A stretch of 63,666 nucleotides of DNA, counting the filler, from Octopus bimaculoides (Eukaryota): NCBI RefSeq assembly GCF_001194135.2. It is 4 parts of 4 records of this genome, joined end to end, with 100 filler letters (N's around TTAATTAATTAA, not from the genome) between each part and the next. Parts side by side here need not be neighbours in the genome. Positions count along the whole stretch, not along the records: positions 1 to 8,941 come from NC_068989.1; positions 9,042 to 39,933 come from NC_068981.1; 2 more parts are not named here. One strand, given 5' to 3'. The notes under the pieces are model-generated. The model saw only the letters and a program-made list of their open reading frames with translations, was not told the origin of the DNA and searched no databases. Position 1 is the stretch's first letter; each line of letters opens with the position of its first letter. This document shows, in pieces, positions 1-12,379 of this stretch. A program made the translations under genes and the position numbers.

Positions 1-22
1 AAAGAGAAACTGGACCGAGACG

Positions 23-190
23 AATTTGGCCGCCGAGTTAAAGCTATTTATAACAAACTATCGGCTCCCGAAGGCTTCAGACAAATACTCTATCACGTGA
101 CCTTATTAAGGGCCGTGATTGGTCAGTTTGCGTTCTGGCGGGAACGGTTCGAAGAAGTTGCCGATTCGAATAATGATCAGTCACGTGATG
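23..190 (-). promoter_or_regulatory. Pol II core/proximal promoter directed leftwards out of the window
   Basis: TATAAATA on minus (52-45), Inr-like CCAAATT (29-23) about 25 nt downstream, CCAAT on minus (122-118), two TCACGTGA E-boxes (93-100, 181-188), locally CpG-rich. Confidence 0.6.
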
Positions 191-649
191 ACAAGGTTGA
201 TGTTTTCCGCTACGCTCGCGTTTATTTATATTTAAATGAGAAGAATGGCAATAGCAGTTTTGTATCTAATGGCGATAGGTAGTTTTGTATGTAATAGCGA
301 TCGAGGTGTTAGTTTCACTACACAGCTGTCTCTTTCAATTTGGAAAACATAAGTTGGGAGGTAAGCTTATTAGATGTATGGTGATGATATCCTAAAATGA
401 CAGTAATCTAGGGCAGTTATATAACTGCCTCTCCTAGAAGAAAAATATCAAAACTTCTGGAATGCAATTCGTATATGTAAGAATACTGAACGCATAAGAC
501 CATCTGACACTTACCCCCAAGCTATTGCAGTATTAGCCCTAAACCAGGAATGAAATGTTGCAACGTTTGGCAATATTAAGTTGTTACCAATTCTGCTCTT
601 TATATATTTAAGTGACTAAGTTTTGGTGCCTTTAATAATCCATTCTGTT

Positions 650-870
650 ATAGGCACAAGGCCTGAAGTTTTTTTTTTGGTGAGCAGGATGAAAGGCGAG
701 TCGATTTCACCGATCCCAGTGCTCAACTAATACTTATTTTATCGACCTCAAAAATGATGAAAGGCAAAATCGGTGGAATTCGAACTCAGAAAGCAGAGAC
801 TTATGGAAGAAATGCCGCTAAGCATTTTTTCCCGACGCACTAACCATTGTGGCATCTCACCGCCTTTTTT
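650..870 (-). mobile_element. tRNA-derived SINE, family B
   Basis: Matches copies at 18015, 43675, 45895, 52763 (gaaaggcaaa..ggaatttgaactcagaa..ccgctaagcattt); B-box-like GAGTTCGAATTCC on minus. Confidence 0.8.
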
Positions 871-3294
871 GGTGCTTGTAATAATACACTTTTAGGCATC
901 CCCCTTATAGACGTATATTATCCTTTTATCCGTGCTCTTATCTTATTTTATCTTATCTTATCTTAAAGAATGGATTACTTGTATATGTTACTATCAAACT
1001 ACATTTTTTTCTCTGGTCTGGACGAAGGGGCTGTGGCCATGGACTTTGCACCTTTGATAATGATAAGATCAACCTGCGTAATGTTCCTCTTGAATCATAA
1101 TTAAGAGCTATCCCATTACCTGGTGGAACTAGAAGTTGTAATTGTCGAATTGATGGTAGAAATCGATTTTTAACATAATAATAACGTAGAGAAACACGAG
1201 ACTTCCCGGACTTATTTAACTGAGAAAGTAAGTTATCAACACCGATACACATCGTGATTAATTTAATTGAAGGGGCCTGGCATTCTTACTTACATGTTAC
1301 TATAACAACAACAACAGCACGAAAAGAAAGAATAACTTGGATCAGATATTCTAAGAATGTAACACCGGCTGTATGGCATTTCATGTGTGTAATTGTCCCA
1401 TCGGAACAATTAAGTAAAGAAGAATCCTAAACTTGTAAGCAATGAAACAGTTGCTTTTATAGGTCATCGACTACACATCTTGTCTTTTGATAAAGTAGGG
1501 TTACTACTAGGTAGGTGTGGGCTCAAACATGTCATATGGTGAGTTGGTAAATTCAGTTAATTGAAATTATTCATTGCATTTAGTAAATGGGCATTTAAAA
1601 TGTAAAAAAAAAGAACAAAAATAAAAAGAAATTCATGGTCTGTTTTATGTAGTAACAAGTTGGTGAGTAGGCTGTATTAATACAGACGTAAAATAGACCT
1701 AGTTATTGTGTGTACAACTTATAAAAACAAGTGTACTTAACATTTTCAAGAGAGTTTTGATGGGGTGGACAAGAGATAGAGGAAATGAGGAAAAGTAGGT
1801 AGGCAGATTGAGTTGGATTAAGGGTAGATATAAAGAGTGATGGATTCGGGGTGAAGGATGGCCAATAGTATCTTAGTTGAGTAAGGTAAAGGGATATAAG
1901 AAGAGAACAGGAGAGAGTAGCAGCAGGTTAATAATGGTGATACAAATGACAAGAGAAAGACAAGGGAGAGACGACATATGGTTAGGTAGACTGCAGGAAA
2001 GGGGAGAGAGAGGGGGGAGAAAGAGAGAGAAAGAGAGGCAGGCATACTGCATGAGATAATTTGGTTGTTTAGTGGGGAAGGAAGATGAGGTTGAAGAATG
2101 GCTACGTGGTCTGATCAATAAGTATACAAACTTTTGCCATCGTAACGAAGCTAAAGCATGAAGCAGTAGAGGTGGGTTTTTTTTTTAGAGGATAAGGAAA
2201 AATACCGACAGAAGTTTGTAATTGACAATCAAGAAATGAAAGGGGAGAAATATTGTTGGTTTAATACATAGTGGTAGTGAGGGTGGATAAGAGGGAAATT
2301 ATAAACTTCTGTCCGTATTTTTCCTTACCATCTAAAACTTTTTTCTTTCCGTTTATTTCAACTCCTTCTCCCTCCTATCCCCTCCACTCGTAAATTTACA
2401 AGTTCATATGCCTACATACACCTCCACCACTCCATACTGTGTTTATCTATATCTATATCTATACTATATATAAAACAGAGATGTGTGTGTAATCGCTTAT
2501 CACGTGAAAACGGCTTCACCATTTACTTCCATACTTGTGATGCATGAATAATTTGACCTCGGATGGACTCCCCAAGCTCGCACGTACTTCTTCGCCTCTC
2601 CAGTTCGTGCTTCACAGTGTTCAATACATACACACTTCTCTACGTCTGGTTGTACAGCCTTTTTGTTTGTTTATTTCACCATTTCGTTTTCCTGTCTTGT
2701 TTTCCGTCCGCCACTACCCTCCACGAAAAAAATTTAATTTGTGTTCGTGGGAAAAGCCATTTTAACGATGCGTACTGCCTTATTTCTTAGAAACGCCGGT
2801 GTTTTAATGGTGGCAGCTGATGAAGGATATGTTCTCTATGTGGCCTGCTTGTTTGTTGAACCTTGTTTATCATTTTGTCCATGTTCTTTTGCCACGTCAT
2901 GTACTCAGTTATGTATCTATATGTACTTGTAGATGAAGGTATGTACATACATGTACATATATATNNNNNNNNNNNNNNNNNNNNNNNNNNNNNNNNNNNN
3001 NNNNNNNNNNNNNNNNNNNNNNNNNNNNNNNNNNNNNNNNNNNNNNNNNNNNNNNNNNNNNNNNNNNNNNNNNNNNNNNNNNNNNNNNNNNNNNNNNNNN
3101 NNNNNNNNNNNNNNNNNNNNNNNNNNNNNNNNNNNNNNNNNNNNNNNNNNNNNNNNNNNNNNNNNNNNNNNNNNNNNNNNNNNNNNNNNNNNNNNNNNNN
3201 NNNNACGCTCTTTAACTAAAAGGAACACAGAAAGAAACAAGGAGAAAAAGTATATAAATGTAATGGTCAGCGATCTATCATGGCGAAATATATA

Positions 3295-3692
3295 TACTCT
3301 TTACTCTTTTACTTGTTTCAGTCATTTGACTGCGGCCATGCTGGAGCACCGCCTTTAGTCGAGCAAATCGACCCCAGGACTTATTCTTGGTAACCTAGTA
3401 CTTATTCTATCGGTCTCTTTTGCCGAACCGCTAAGTTACGGGGACGTAAACACACCAGCATCGGTTGTCAAGCGATGTTGGAGAGGACAAACACAGATAC
3501 ACAAACACATACACACACATGCATATATACATACATATATACGACGGGCTTCTTTCAGTTTCCGTCTACCAAATCCACTCACAAGGCTTTGGTTGGCCCG
3601 AGGCTATAGTAGAAGACACTTGCCCAAGGTGCCACGCAGTGGGAATGAGCCCGGAACCATGTGATTGGTAAGCAAGCTACTTACCACATAGC
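3295..3692 (-). mobile_element. tRNA-derived SINE, family A, with internal (CA/TA)n
   Basis: Near-identical to copies at 28091, 31373, 40034, 62900; CORE-like gcaccttgggcaagtgtcttct; head on minus. Confidence 0.9.
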
Positions 3693-4099
3693 AACTCAAT
3701 GCTCCTCTGCTAATTTCTGTGATTTGGCCAAAAAAGCCCTCGGAATATCAAGAGTCAAATAACCGTGCCACTCTACTTTACTTTATTCATACACACATTA
3801 TTTCTCCCCCTTGACCAAAAATATTTCCCCACCCTTTCGCCTCCAAATTATCTATTTTTTCAAATACCAATCCCTTTACTAGATTCTGTTTTTCAGCCAA
3901 AACAAGTCTATTATTTACTACCAGTCAACTGACCCTGCCTAAACTCCTCCTTCCTCTCACACTCTTATATTTTCCTCTTTCTTCCCTTCTAATACTTATT
4001 TCTCCCTACATTTATATACTCTTCTCATATTGTGCTCTCTACACATTCTGATTGAATCTTCCTTGCGTCAACATGTGCCTCTTTACGACAATGTAACCT

Positions 4100-4700
4100 T
4101 TAATCTAATCAAGATATCATTGGCCTGCAGAACAGCCGGCGGTATGCACCACGCGTGCATCTTACCACTTTTGAAGTTCCGCTTGCTATGAAACATATGT
4201 AGCCTACTCCATTCCGTAATTCTTGTTTACAGAAGTGCTTGGAAGGAACGTGTGTAGCGTGTGATCGTCGCTTTGACTATGACAGAGAAAGTTGTCATGG
4301 CGATGCCTGTTCAGAGGCCAACGAAAAGTTGCAGAAAGTGCATGGAGAGGATTGTATGAGCCGCACGCAAGTGTACGCGTATTTTAGACGTTTCCAAGAC
4401 GGCTGAAAAAATGCCGATGTTGACGAACGTTCTGAGAGACAGAACTGAGAAAAACATCGCAGATGTGCGTTCAGCTGAGAGGGGACCCCGTCGAATCACC
4501 ATCCGTAAGTTATGAGAGGATGTGCAGATTAGATTTAGTTCAGTCCATTATCACTGAAGATTTGGAGATGAGACACGTGTCTGCAAAGCTTGTGTCAAAA
4601 CTGCTTTCAGCTGATCAAAAAGATACTCCTTGATTGTGTCGATAACGATAAAAACTTTTTGAAAACTTTTCGTAGGCCTCTGAGCAGGTATCGCCAAGTA
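4100..4700 (+). mobile_element. Decayed mariner transposase, N-terminal HTH half
   Basis: Frameshifted translation resembles mariner: MTEKV..EKLQKVHGEDCMSRTQVY..FRRFQDG..DVDER..IRKL..IITEDLEMRHVSAKLVSKLLSADQK. Confidence 0.8.
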
Positions 4701-5022
4701 TTTGGCAAAATATGATGCAGGCAGCAACAAAAAGTTTAGAAGAAAGCAAATAAGTTAATGAGTGGAAATCGAACGGGTGAGTGTGTTAATTAACAAAGCA
4801 TTAAAAGAGAATGACTCTCCCCAGACACAATATATATATATGTAGCTATTTCATCGCAAAAATCAAACATGCAAACAAAGATGGAGGCATTTTCTAAAGC
4901 AAAACAGTTATTGTTGTTATCCAAATTCCAGCGAGAGGGACTCTTGTTTCTTTGTCGGAGACCAGCTCCTTCCTTCAAGGAACAATTCTCATAAATTATA
5001 AAAAGGTAAACACATACATAAA

Positions 5023-5290
5023 TTCTCTCTCTCTCTCTCTCCCTCTCTTTCTCTCTCTCTCTCTCTCTCTCTNNNNNNNNNNNNNNNNNNNNNNNNNNNN
5101 NNNNNNNNNNNNNNNNNNNNNNNNNNNNNNNNNNNNNNNNNNNNNNNNNNNNNNNNNNNNNNNNNNNNNNNNNNNNNNNNNNNNNNNNNATATATATTTA
5201 TCTATCTATCTCTATCTCTCACTTTCTCCTTTCTCTCCCCCCTTTCTCTCCATCTATCTCTCCCATCTCTCTATCTCCCTCTAACACATA
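5023..5290. repeat. (TC)n microsatellite spanning a gap
   Basis: Directly visible. Confidence 0.95.
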
Positions 5291-5790
5291 CATACACACA
5301 CTCACTGTTACTTGAAACGGAAAGCACATACCATAAAGGGAATAAGCAACATTATTCTAATCGTTAAGCACTAACGTTTAATCGTTATTATTTACATTTA
5401 TCTTACATATCTTATAAATTAGTATACCACGCTAATTATCATATCTGTCTCGATCATGCTGTCCCGGATAATTACAAACAAATGTACATCGTTTTTGTTT
5501 TTAACTGCTACAAAGCATTTAAATTAATGAAGTATACTTTTGGCAAATTGTGTAACCTACATTTTGTTACACGCCAATCCTTATCCAGCTAACGATGAAA
5601 GGCGTTCCAAGCTTTGGACCGCCTAGTCTCCTAACTTTACAGATAGCCTCTCGGAAGTATAGGATCTAATACGTTCTTTGAGTAGAAATGATTGTAGATC
5701 ATTACTTGAGGAGACTTGAGTTCTATTGATAGACAGTTGAGACACCACCTAGAAGCACTATGTATGTATGTATGTATGTATGTATGTATA

Positions 5791-5840
<50 letters not shown>

Positions 5841-6034
5841 ATAAAGGAGTAGAGATTTCAATATCTAGCTGGATCTTTATAAGTACTCTGTTGTAATACG
5901 AATTTGGCTAACCATATTGACCGGCAGGAAACATTAGGAACCGTGTAGAATAAACAATTGTAGTTGTACTGTAATTCGATTGGTAAATGCTTTATTTGCC
6001 TCGAAGAATTTTGCGTAAAATCCCAGAGTATATA

Positions 6035-6339
6035 TGAAAGACACAATGAAGAATGAAGAATTTCATATTTTTAATTAATATTTTCCAACATAGACACTGA
6101 CACGTTTTCTGTTATGTAAGCATTTTTCAGCTTCTCTTTGGGGAATACATTGAAAATGGTACGTGCCTGCATGTGTCTTGGATCTGCATAGAACAATAAT
6201 TGATTTAGTTTGAATTGATTAGTTTATACAGAACCATTGCATCTAAGGACCCGAGAACACATACATAACGGAAACATGTATTGGTATCTTATATGCTGGA
6301 AAATATTAAATATGTGTAATTCTTCACTCTTCATTGTCT

Positions 6340-6341
<2 letters not shown>
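6035..6341. mobile_element. Fold-back MITE with ~90-bp imperfect terminal inverted repeats
   Basis: caatgaagaatgaagaatttcatattt..aatattttccaacata..gttttctgttatgta versus the reverse complement of 6255-6341; TA-rich flanks. Confidence 0.7.
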
Positions 6342-6388
<47 letters not shown>

Positions 6389-7429
6389 CGTGTGTGTGTG
6401 TGTNNNNNNNNNNNNNNNNNNNNNNNNNNNNNNNNNNNNNNNNNNNNNNNNNNNNNNNNNNNNNNNNNNNNNNNNNNNNNNNNNNNNNNNNNNNNNNNNN
6501 NNNNNNNNNNNNNNNNNNNNNNNNNNNNNNNNNNNNNNNNNNNNNNNNNNNNNNNNNNNNNNNNNNNNNNNNNNNNNNNNNNNNNNNNNNNNNNNNNNNN
6601 NNNNNNNNNNNNNNNNNNNNNNNNNNNNNNNNNNNNNNNNNNNNNNNNNNNNNNNNNNNNNNNNNNNNNNNNNNNNNNNNNNNNNNNNNNNNNNNNNNNN
6701 NNNNNNNNNNNNNNNNNNNNNNNNNNNNNNNNNNNNNNNNNNNNNNNNNNNNNNNNNNNNNNNNNNNNNNNNNNNNNNNNNNNNNNNNNNNNNNNNNNNN
6801 NNNNNNNNNNNNNNNNNNNNNNNNNNNNNNNNNNNNNNNNNNNNNNNNNNNNNNNNNNNNNNNNNNNNNNNNNNNNNNNNNNNNNNNNNNNNNNNNNNNN
6901 NNNNNNNNNNNNNNNNNNNNNNNNNNNNNNNNNNNNTATATATATACGCGTGCACACACCCATACACCCACACTAATACACGCACATACACACACACATA
7001 TATGTGTGTGTGTGATATACGTACATAAATATACGGACATACACCGTATATCAAGTATATAATATGAAGTATATCTTGTTGTCTTCTTTTAGCACACGGC
7101 CAGTTCTAATCTGGCAGACCTCTGACCATAGGAACTCTGGCCATTTCCAGCTAAAAAACAAAAACAAAAGTATATTTATTCAGACGTTGAATCTAAAATG
7201 GCATTATCCAATATGTCTGTACTCCTGTTCTCTTTTCAAGGCGGTAGACTAGTTTGAGAGATATTTGGCTGTTATTTCTAACACGCAGAGCAACTACATT
7301 GAAGCTCTTCCCTCAGCTCTTAATTTATTTTTTTTTAGTTTTCGTTAAGGACAATACCAAAAAATCAGAGGCTTTATATTCAAAAATATAATTTGCTAAA
7401 ACAAAATAAGGCGTGTTGAAGTCCGTAGA

Positions 7430-7680
7430 TGAACTTAACCCAAAGCTATACTAGAAGACTTTGGGCAAATGTCTTCTACTATAGACTTAGGCAGACCAGA
7501 GCCTTCTGAGTAGATTTGATAGCTGGTAAACGGAAACTGAAAGAAGCCCGTCGTGTATATATATATGCGCGCGCGTGTGCGTGTGTGCCCTCTATCACCT
7601 CTTGACTACTAGTGTTGGTAACATAACGGTTCCGCAAAAGAGACCGGTAGAATAAGTACCAAATTTAAGAAAAAGAACTG
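7430..7680 (+). mobile_element. Degraded family A SINE
   Basis: ttgggcaaatgtcttctactatag..ggaaactgaaagaagcccgtcg..gcaaaagagaccggtagaataagtac. Confidence 0.75.
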
Positions 7681-7889
7681 CATTCAATCATGATGTGATG
7701 CTCCAAGCCGGTCATGAACATCACTTGGGAGAAACAAGGTTAGGAACACCATGATCCTAGAGAAAACTAAGCTCCGAAGAAATACTGATGCAGCGAAATT
7801 ACTGCCAGTTTAGGCATTCCAAAAAAAAAAAAAAATGGAGAAAACTCAGTCATAAGACATGCTCTAGTTACAGCTGGTTAGCATGGAGA

Positions 7890-8273
7890 GTGGAGGCGCA
7901 ATGGCCCAGTGGTTAGGGCAGCGGACTCGCGGTCATAGGATTTCGATTCCCAGACCGGGCGTTGTGAGTGTTTATTGAGCGAAAACACCTAATGCTCCAC
8001 GAGGCTCTGGCAGGGGATGGTGGTGAACCCTGCTGTACTCTTTCGCTACAACTTTCTCTCACTCTTTCTTCCTGTTTCTGTTGTACTTGTAATTTAATTC
8101 AAAGGGTCAGCCTTGTCACACTCTGTGTCACGCTGAATATCCCCGAGAACTACGTTAAGGGTACACGTGTCTGTGGAGTGCTCAGCAACTTGCACGTTAA
8201 TTTCACGAGCAGGCTGTTCTGTTGATCGGATCAACTGGAACCCTCGACGTTGTAAGCGACGGAGTGCCAACAA
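7890..8273 (+). mobile_element. Full-length tRNA-derived SINE, family C, with TSD
   Basis: A-box TGGCCCAGTGG, B-box-like GATTTCGATTCCC, (caa) tail; gcatgga duplicated at 7881-7887 and 8274-8280. Confidence 0.85.
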
Positions 8274-8479
8274 GCATGGAAAAAAACTCAGTCATAAGAT
8301 ATGCTCTAGTTACAAAAAGCTGTTGTAGATCCCGACTGTGATAGAAGGATGTGCTTAAACGCAATACATAGAGATTAAATGACAGCTTGAACTCTGCAGT
8401 TGAGGACCGAAATTTGTGGAGGAGAGCAAACCGCTTTTGATACAATAACAATATCGATGGTCATGGTCACACTAATACT

Positions 8480-8581
8480 ACAACTACTACTACTGTTACT
8501 GCTACTACTGTTACTACTGCTGCTACTACTACTGCCACTTCTACTACTACTGCTATCACTACTACAGCTATTACTGCTGCT

Positions 8582-8616
<35 letters not shown>

Positions 8617-8641
8617 GCTACTGCTGCTGCTGCTGCTGCTA
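8480..8641. repeat. (CTA/CTG)n trinucleotide array
   Basis: Directly visible; source of poly-L/Y/C ORF. Confidence 0.95.
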
Positions 8642-8941
8642 CACATTCGGACACATATAAACGCATATAAACATTGGGTTAAAATACTCTTTAGATAGTA
8701 AAAGTCGATGGCCGACGGCTCTCACGAAATTTCTATATTCTTATGACGTCAGCAAAGCGCGCGCGCACACACATACACACATACATAAATGCATGTATAT
8801 ACTTTGATACTTTAAAAGATTTCGGTCAGTATTGGTCCATGTATGTATTTTTTTTTTGTTTCATTCATTAAACTGCAATCATTCAAATTCATCACTTTGT
8901 TGTTTCTAAAGCCACCATCTTCAAAGGTTAAATCTGTTAAT

Positions 8942-9041
8942 NNNNNNNNNNNNNNNNNNNNNNNNNNNNNNNNNNNNNNNNNNNNTTAATTAATTAANNN
9001 NNNNNNNNNNNNNNNNNNNNNNNNNNNNNNNNNNNNNNNNN
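8942..9041. other. Artificial scaffold linker N44-TTAATTAATTAA-N44
   Basis: Identical 100-bp structure at three places; the 12-mer gives stops in all six frames. Confidence 0.95.
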
Positions 9042-9059
9042 TATACATACAGACGCATG

Positions 9060-9485
9060 CAGGGTGTTCTTACTTAATTCGATGACTCCGAAATCTGGTG
9101 CTTGAAATTCCTCACTGTACCTCTGAGATCTCCGAATACCTCCTTGATCTTGAGCACCAACTCCGCTTTAGTGTTGCACTCTGAGCGGCTGTTAAATGTT
9201 TCAACCGCACCTCATTCATAGTAATCCATAGCACAACAATTGAGCGAATTAGGAGGGAAGAAATTTAGGCTGTTGAAGACGCTGAAATTCTGCAACAACC
9301 ACTTCTAACTATTTCCAGCGGTATGGCCCGTTGTCGAATGCTGCCATCAGACATATTACAATTCATCAGCAACTAGTATCTGACCAAACTTTCCTGCAGA
9401 TTCTTGATTGAACCTAAGCCCAGTTCAAAGGCGTGGAGCGGCAAGACGTAACCTTCACAGGAAACACACCAAATGACCATCACAT
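9060..9485 (-). mobile_element. Decayed maT/DD37D-like transposase C-terminus
   Basis: Minus translation VMVIWCVSCEG..WQHSTTGHTAGNS*KWL..FFPPNSLNCCAMDYY..CNTKAELVLKIKEVF; homologous to the 54726 element. Confidence 0.7.
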
Positions 9486-9806
9486 TGTTTTCATGATGTC
9501 TATATCCTGATGTTGGTTTTCATGATGTCTATATCACATTCATTATGTATTGAGCAGTTGTTATGATGCTGGTATTTTGATATACGAGAGGAATACTCCT
9601 GATACTGGTAAGCCTTTTCTCATATTCAGATTACTCCAATTTCTCCGTGTCACCTTTTTTCTCAACTACAACTTTAGTCATTACACACTTCAAAGCCGTT
9701 GGATGTTCACCAATACATAAAGCTGATCCTGAAAGTAAAGGAGACAAAAGGAATCGTCAAATTTACCCCGAACGCTCTGTGCATATACGTTTACGTGTAT
9801 GTGTAG

Positions 9807-9847
<41 letters not shown>

Positions 9848-10119
9848 NNNNNNNNNNNNNNNNNNNNNNNNNNNNNNNNNNNNNNNNNNNNNNNNNNNNN
9901 NNNNNNNNNNNNNNNNNNNNNNNNNNNNNNNNNNNNNNNNNNNNNNNNNNNNNNNNNNNNNNNNNNNNNNNNNNNNNNNNNNNNNNNNNNNNNNNNNNNN
10001 NNNNNNNNNNNNNNNNNNNNNNNNNNNNNNNNNNNNNNNNNNNNNNNNNNNNNNNNNNNNNNNNNNNNNNNCACACACACACACACACACACACTCAAAT
10101 ACACACACACGTAGTTATC

Positions 10120-10700
10120 CTCCTGTGTAGTCTTCACTATATCTACACAATAATTCCCAAGTGCTTTCAGCGCAGTAATGCAAATAAAATTCCATACCTG
10201 TACGAGCTTGCATGTCATATACGATATTCAGCAATGCATAGAGATGTTGCAAAGCAATTACAAAGTTATTTGACATTCCATAAAGGAAAATAAAAAACTG
10301 GTTAAGTCAATGGGTGTTGTTCCAGATATTCATGAAAAGAATGACATTCAGAGTCCTGCTGTCAGAACTCTGCGTGCCACATCGCGTAACGTATTAAACC
10401 TGAAAAGAATATATTTCATACTTCGGCCATGAATTATCTTATGTCTTGCCGGAAAGACCTTCTGAATTATTGGATGATTTATTAGATTTAATCACATACC
10501 AAATGTAACCCAATGGTTACTTTACTATTTTTCATCTCAGTGTCATACTATAATCGTTTTCTTCTTAGATATATCATTTCTCAAGTATGCAGTTTGTTGT
10601 AGAATTTTTAATAACAAATGAAGTCAGTTCATAAGAATATTCTTCTGTTTACTTCCATCTGTGTATACAATTGTTATCAAGGACATCTATGGTTTTCATA
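10120..10700 (-). mobile_element. Possible piggyBac-like transposase remnant
   Basis: Weak broken motifs (..YRYGILFALL..GNYCVDI..; EMK..IGLHL); heavily degraded. Confidence 0.3.
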
Positions 10701-11230
10701 AATCTATTCTCATACATCCCAATACGAGATATGTAGTAAGTATTATTTCACAGCTACTTATTTCCATAGAATGCACCATAAATGATTTATGCATTAATTC
10801 AGTGGATCTAATACGTTGTAGAAAATGAAAATACAAACACTATTGCTCGGGTCACTCAGGTAATGTAAATCATAGTTGATACTGACGTTTAAGCCTGTAA
10901 TATTTTATGAAGAAAAAACTCCATTGAACATTCCGATTATATCTTGTGTACATCGTCAGAATAAAACATTTACTGATAAAAAAAAATAATGATGAAATAA
11001 TATCGGTCACAGAGTACTATGTAATGCAACCATAGAAGAAGCCAATTATAACGGTGTTAGTATAAATATCATAAATGTTTGTAACCCATACCATCAGGCA
11101 GTCTGGAAAAGATTGATATTTTCTCCCAATGAAAGTGGGTAAATATGTTGGAAAAGACTCATCTATCATTCAAATCTCTATCACAAAATAGAAAACTCAA
11201 CGTACTATCATTCGTATTCGATTAAGGCAA

Positions 11231-11274
<44 letters not shown>

Positions 11275-12379
11275 GGTAGTTTTCTCTGAGCAACAAACAT
11301 TTGTAACTACCGCTCATCCGAAAGTCCCCAAGAAGGGTCTTCACCCCGACATGTAGACATAGAAGGTAAAACTTTGTTCTGTTTTATTTTCTTTTTGTAT
11401 TTCTAAAGTACATAGAGACAATGGCCTTCCATTTGTCGTTTCCTTTCAATTCTTTATTGTCTTGTCATGTTTCTCTTCCACCAACTAAACTAATCACTTC
11501 TAGACACTTTGAAAGACTTCTCCTTCTGTTATATGTATTCTAGTCCCATTTAAATCTTTCGATTCCATTTTATTTAACTTGCTTTTTCAACGTAATCACT
11601 TCAACTACTCGGTGTTAGTCTTCCCAAGGCCAGATAATGATAAAATCTGTTAAAAATATGAAACCTGATGTAATTAAAATAAAAAGTTCCAAACTAGGAA
11701 GTTTCTCTCTTAGATCACAGATATGTTTTTTTTGTTTTCAATACTAAAAGATTACGATTTATAAATTTTTTGTCATTAACTAACAATAGACAACATAAAT
11801 TTCATTTGCTTTTGTCTTTCCGAATACACATATGGAACAGGAATTACATAATTACTTCTTCAGCTCACAGCTGTTTTTAATAAAAGATGCAGTGAACACA
11901 GATGTGAAGAAATAAGACTCAGATATGAGTGCACTATATATTGTAGTAGAACCAGCTACATGCATACATTCATACATTCATACATACATACATACATACA
12001 TACAAACAATGGCGAAAAGAAAAACAAAGGTTAAATTTTTAGATTAACACCCACATGATTTTCACTAAGAAAAAAAGAAAACTCAAGTAACCTAACCTAA
12101 TATGCTGCAAATCCTTTATTTTTGGTTCGGAATAAAGGGAGAGTGCAAACTTTATAAGCAGGTGTTCCTATTTACGTGTTGTCACTTTTGGTAGGTTGGT
12201 AATGTAAAGGTCAAAGGTAGAAAGTCCAGTATTTAAAAACTCAGCAGTTGGGTGTATCAACTCTTTTATAAATGAACGTTTTATGTGTTAACTAAAGACA
12301 GTTCTAATCTTACTAAGAAGTATGACATACAAAAATCTGAAACTGATAAATTTAAGAAGGAACAATATCACTTCCTCAA

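Noticed and set aside
7890-7960. tRNA gene
   Set aside because: A/B boxes present but followed by a SINE body and TSD; no complete cloverleaf. The same applies to the other SINE heads
8744-8751. Perfect CRE palindrome TGACGTCA (also 60108-60115)
   Set aside because: Single 8-mers expected by chance in 63 kb; the second lies inside a Tc1 remnant
8986-8997. Isolated TTAATTAATTAA motif recurring three times
   Set aside because: Always centred in exactly 44 N on each side; an assembly linker, not biology
9487-9535. 20-bp direct duplication gttttcatgatgtctatatc
   Set aside because: Ordinary local slippage duplication at a transposon edge
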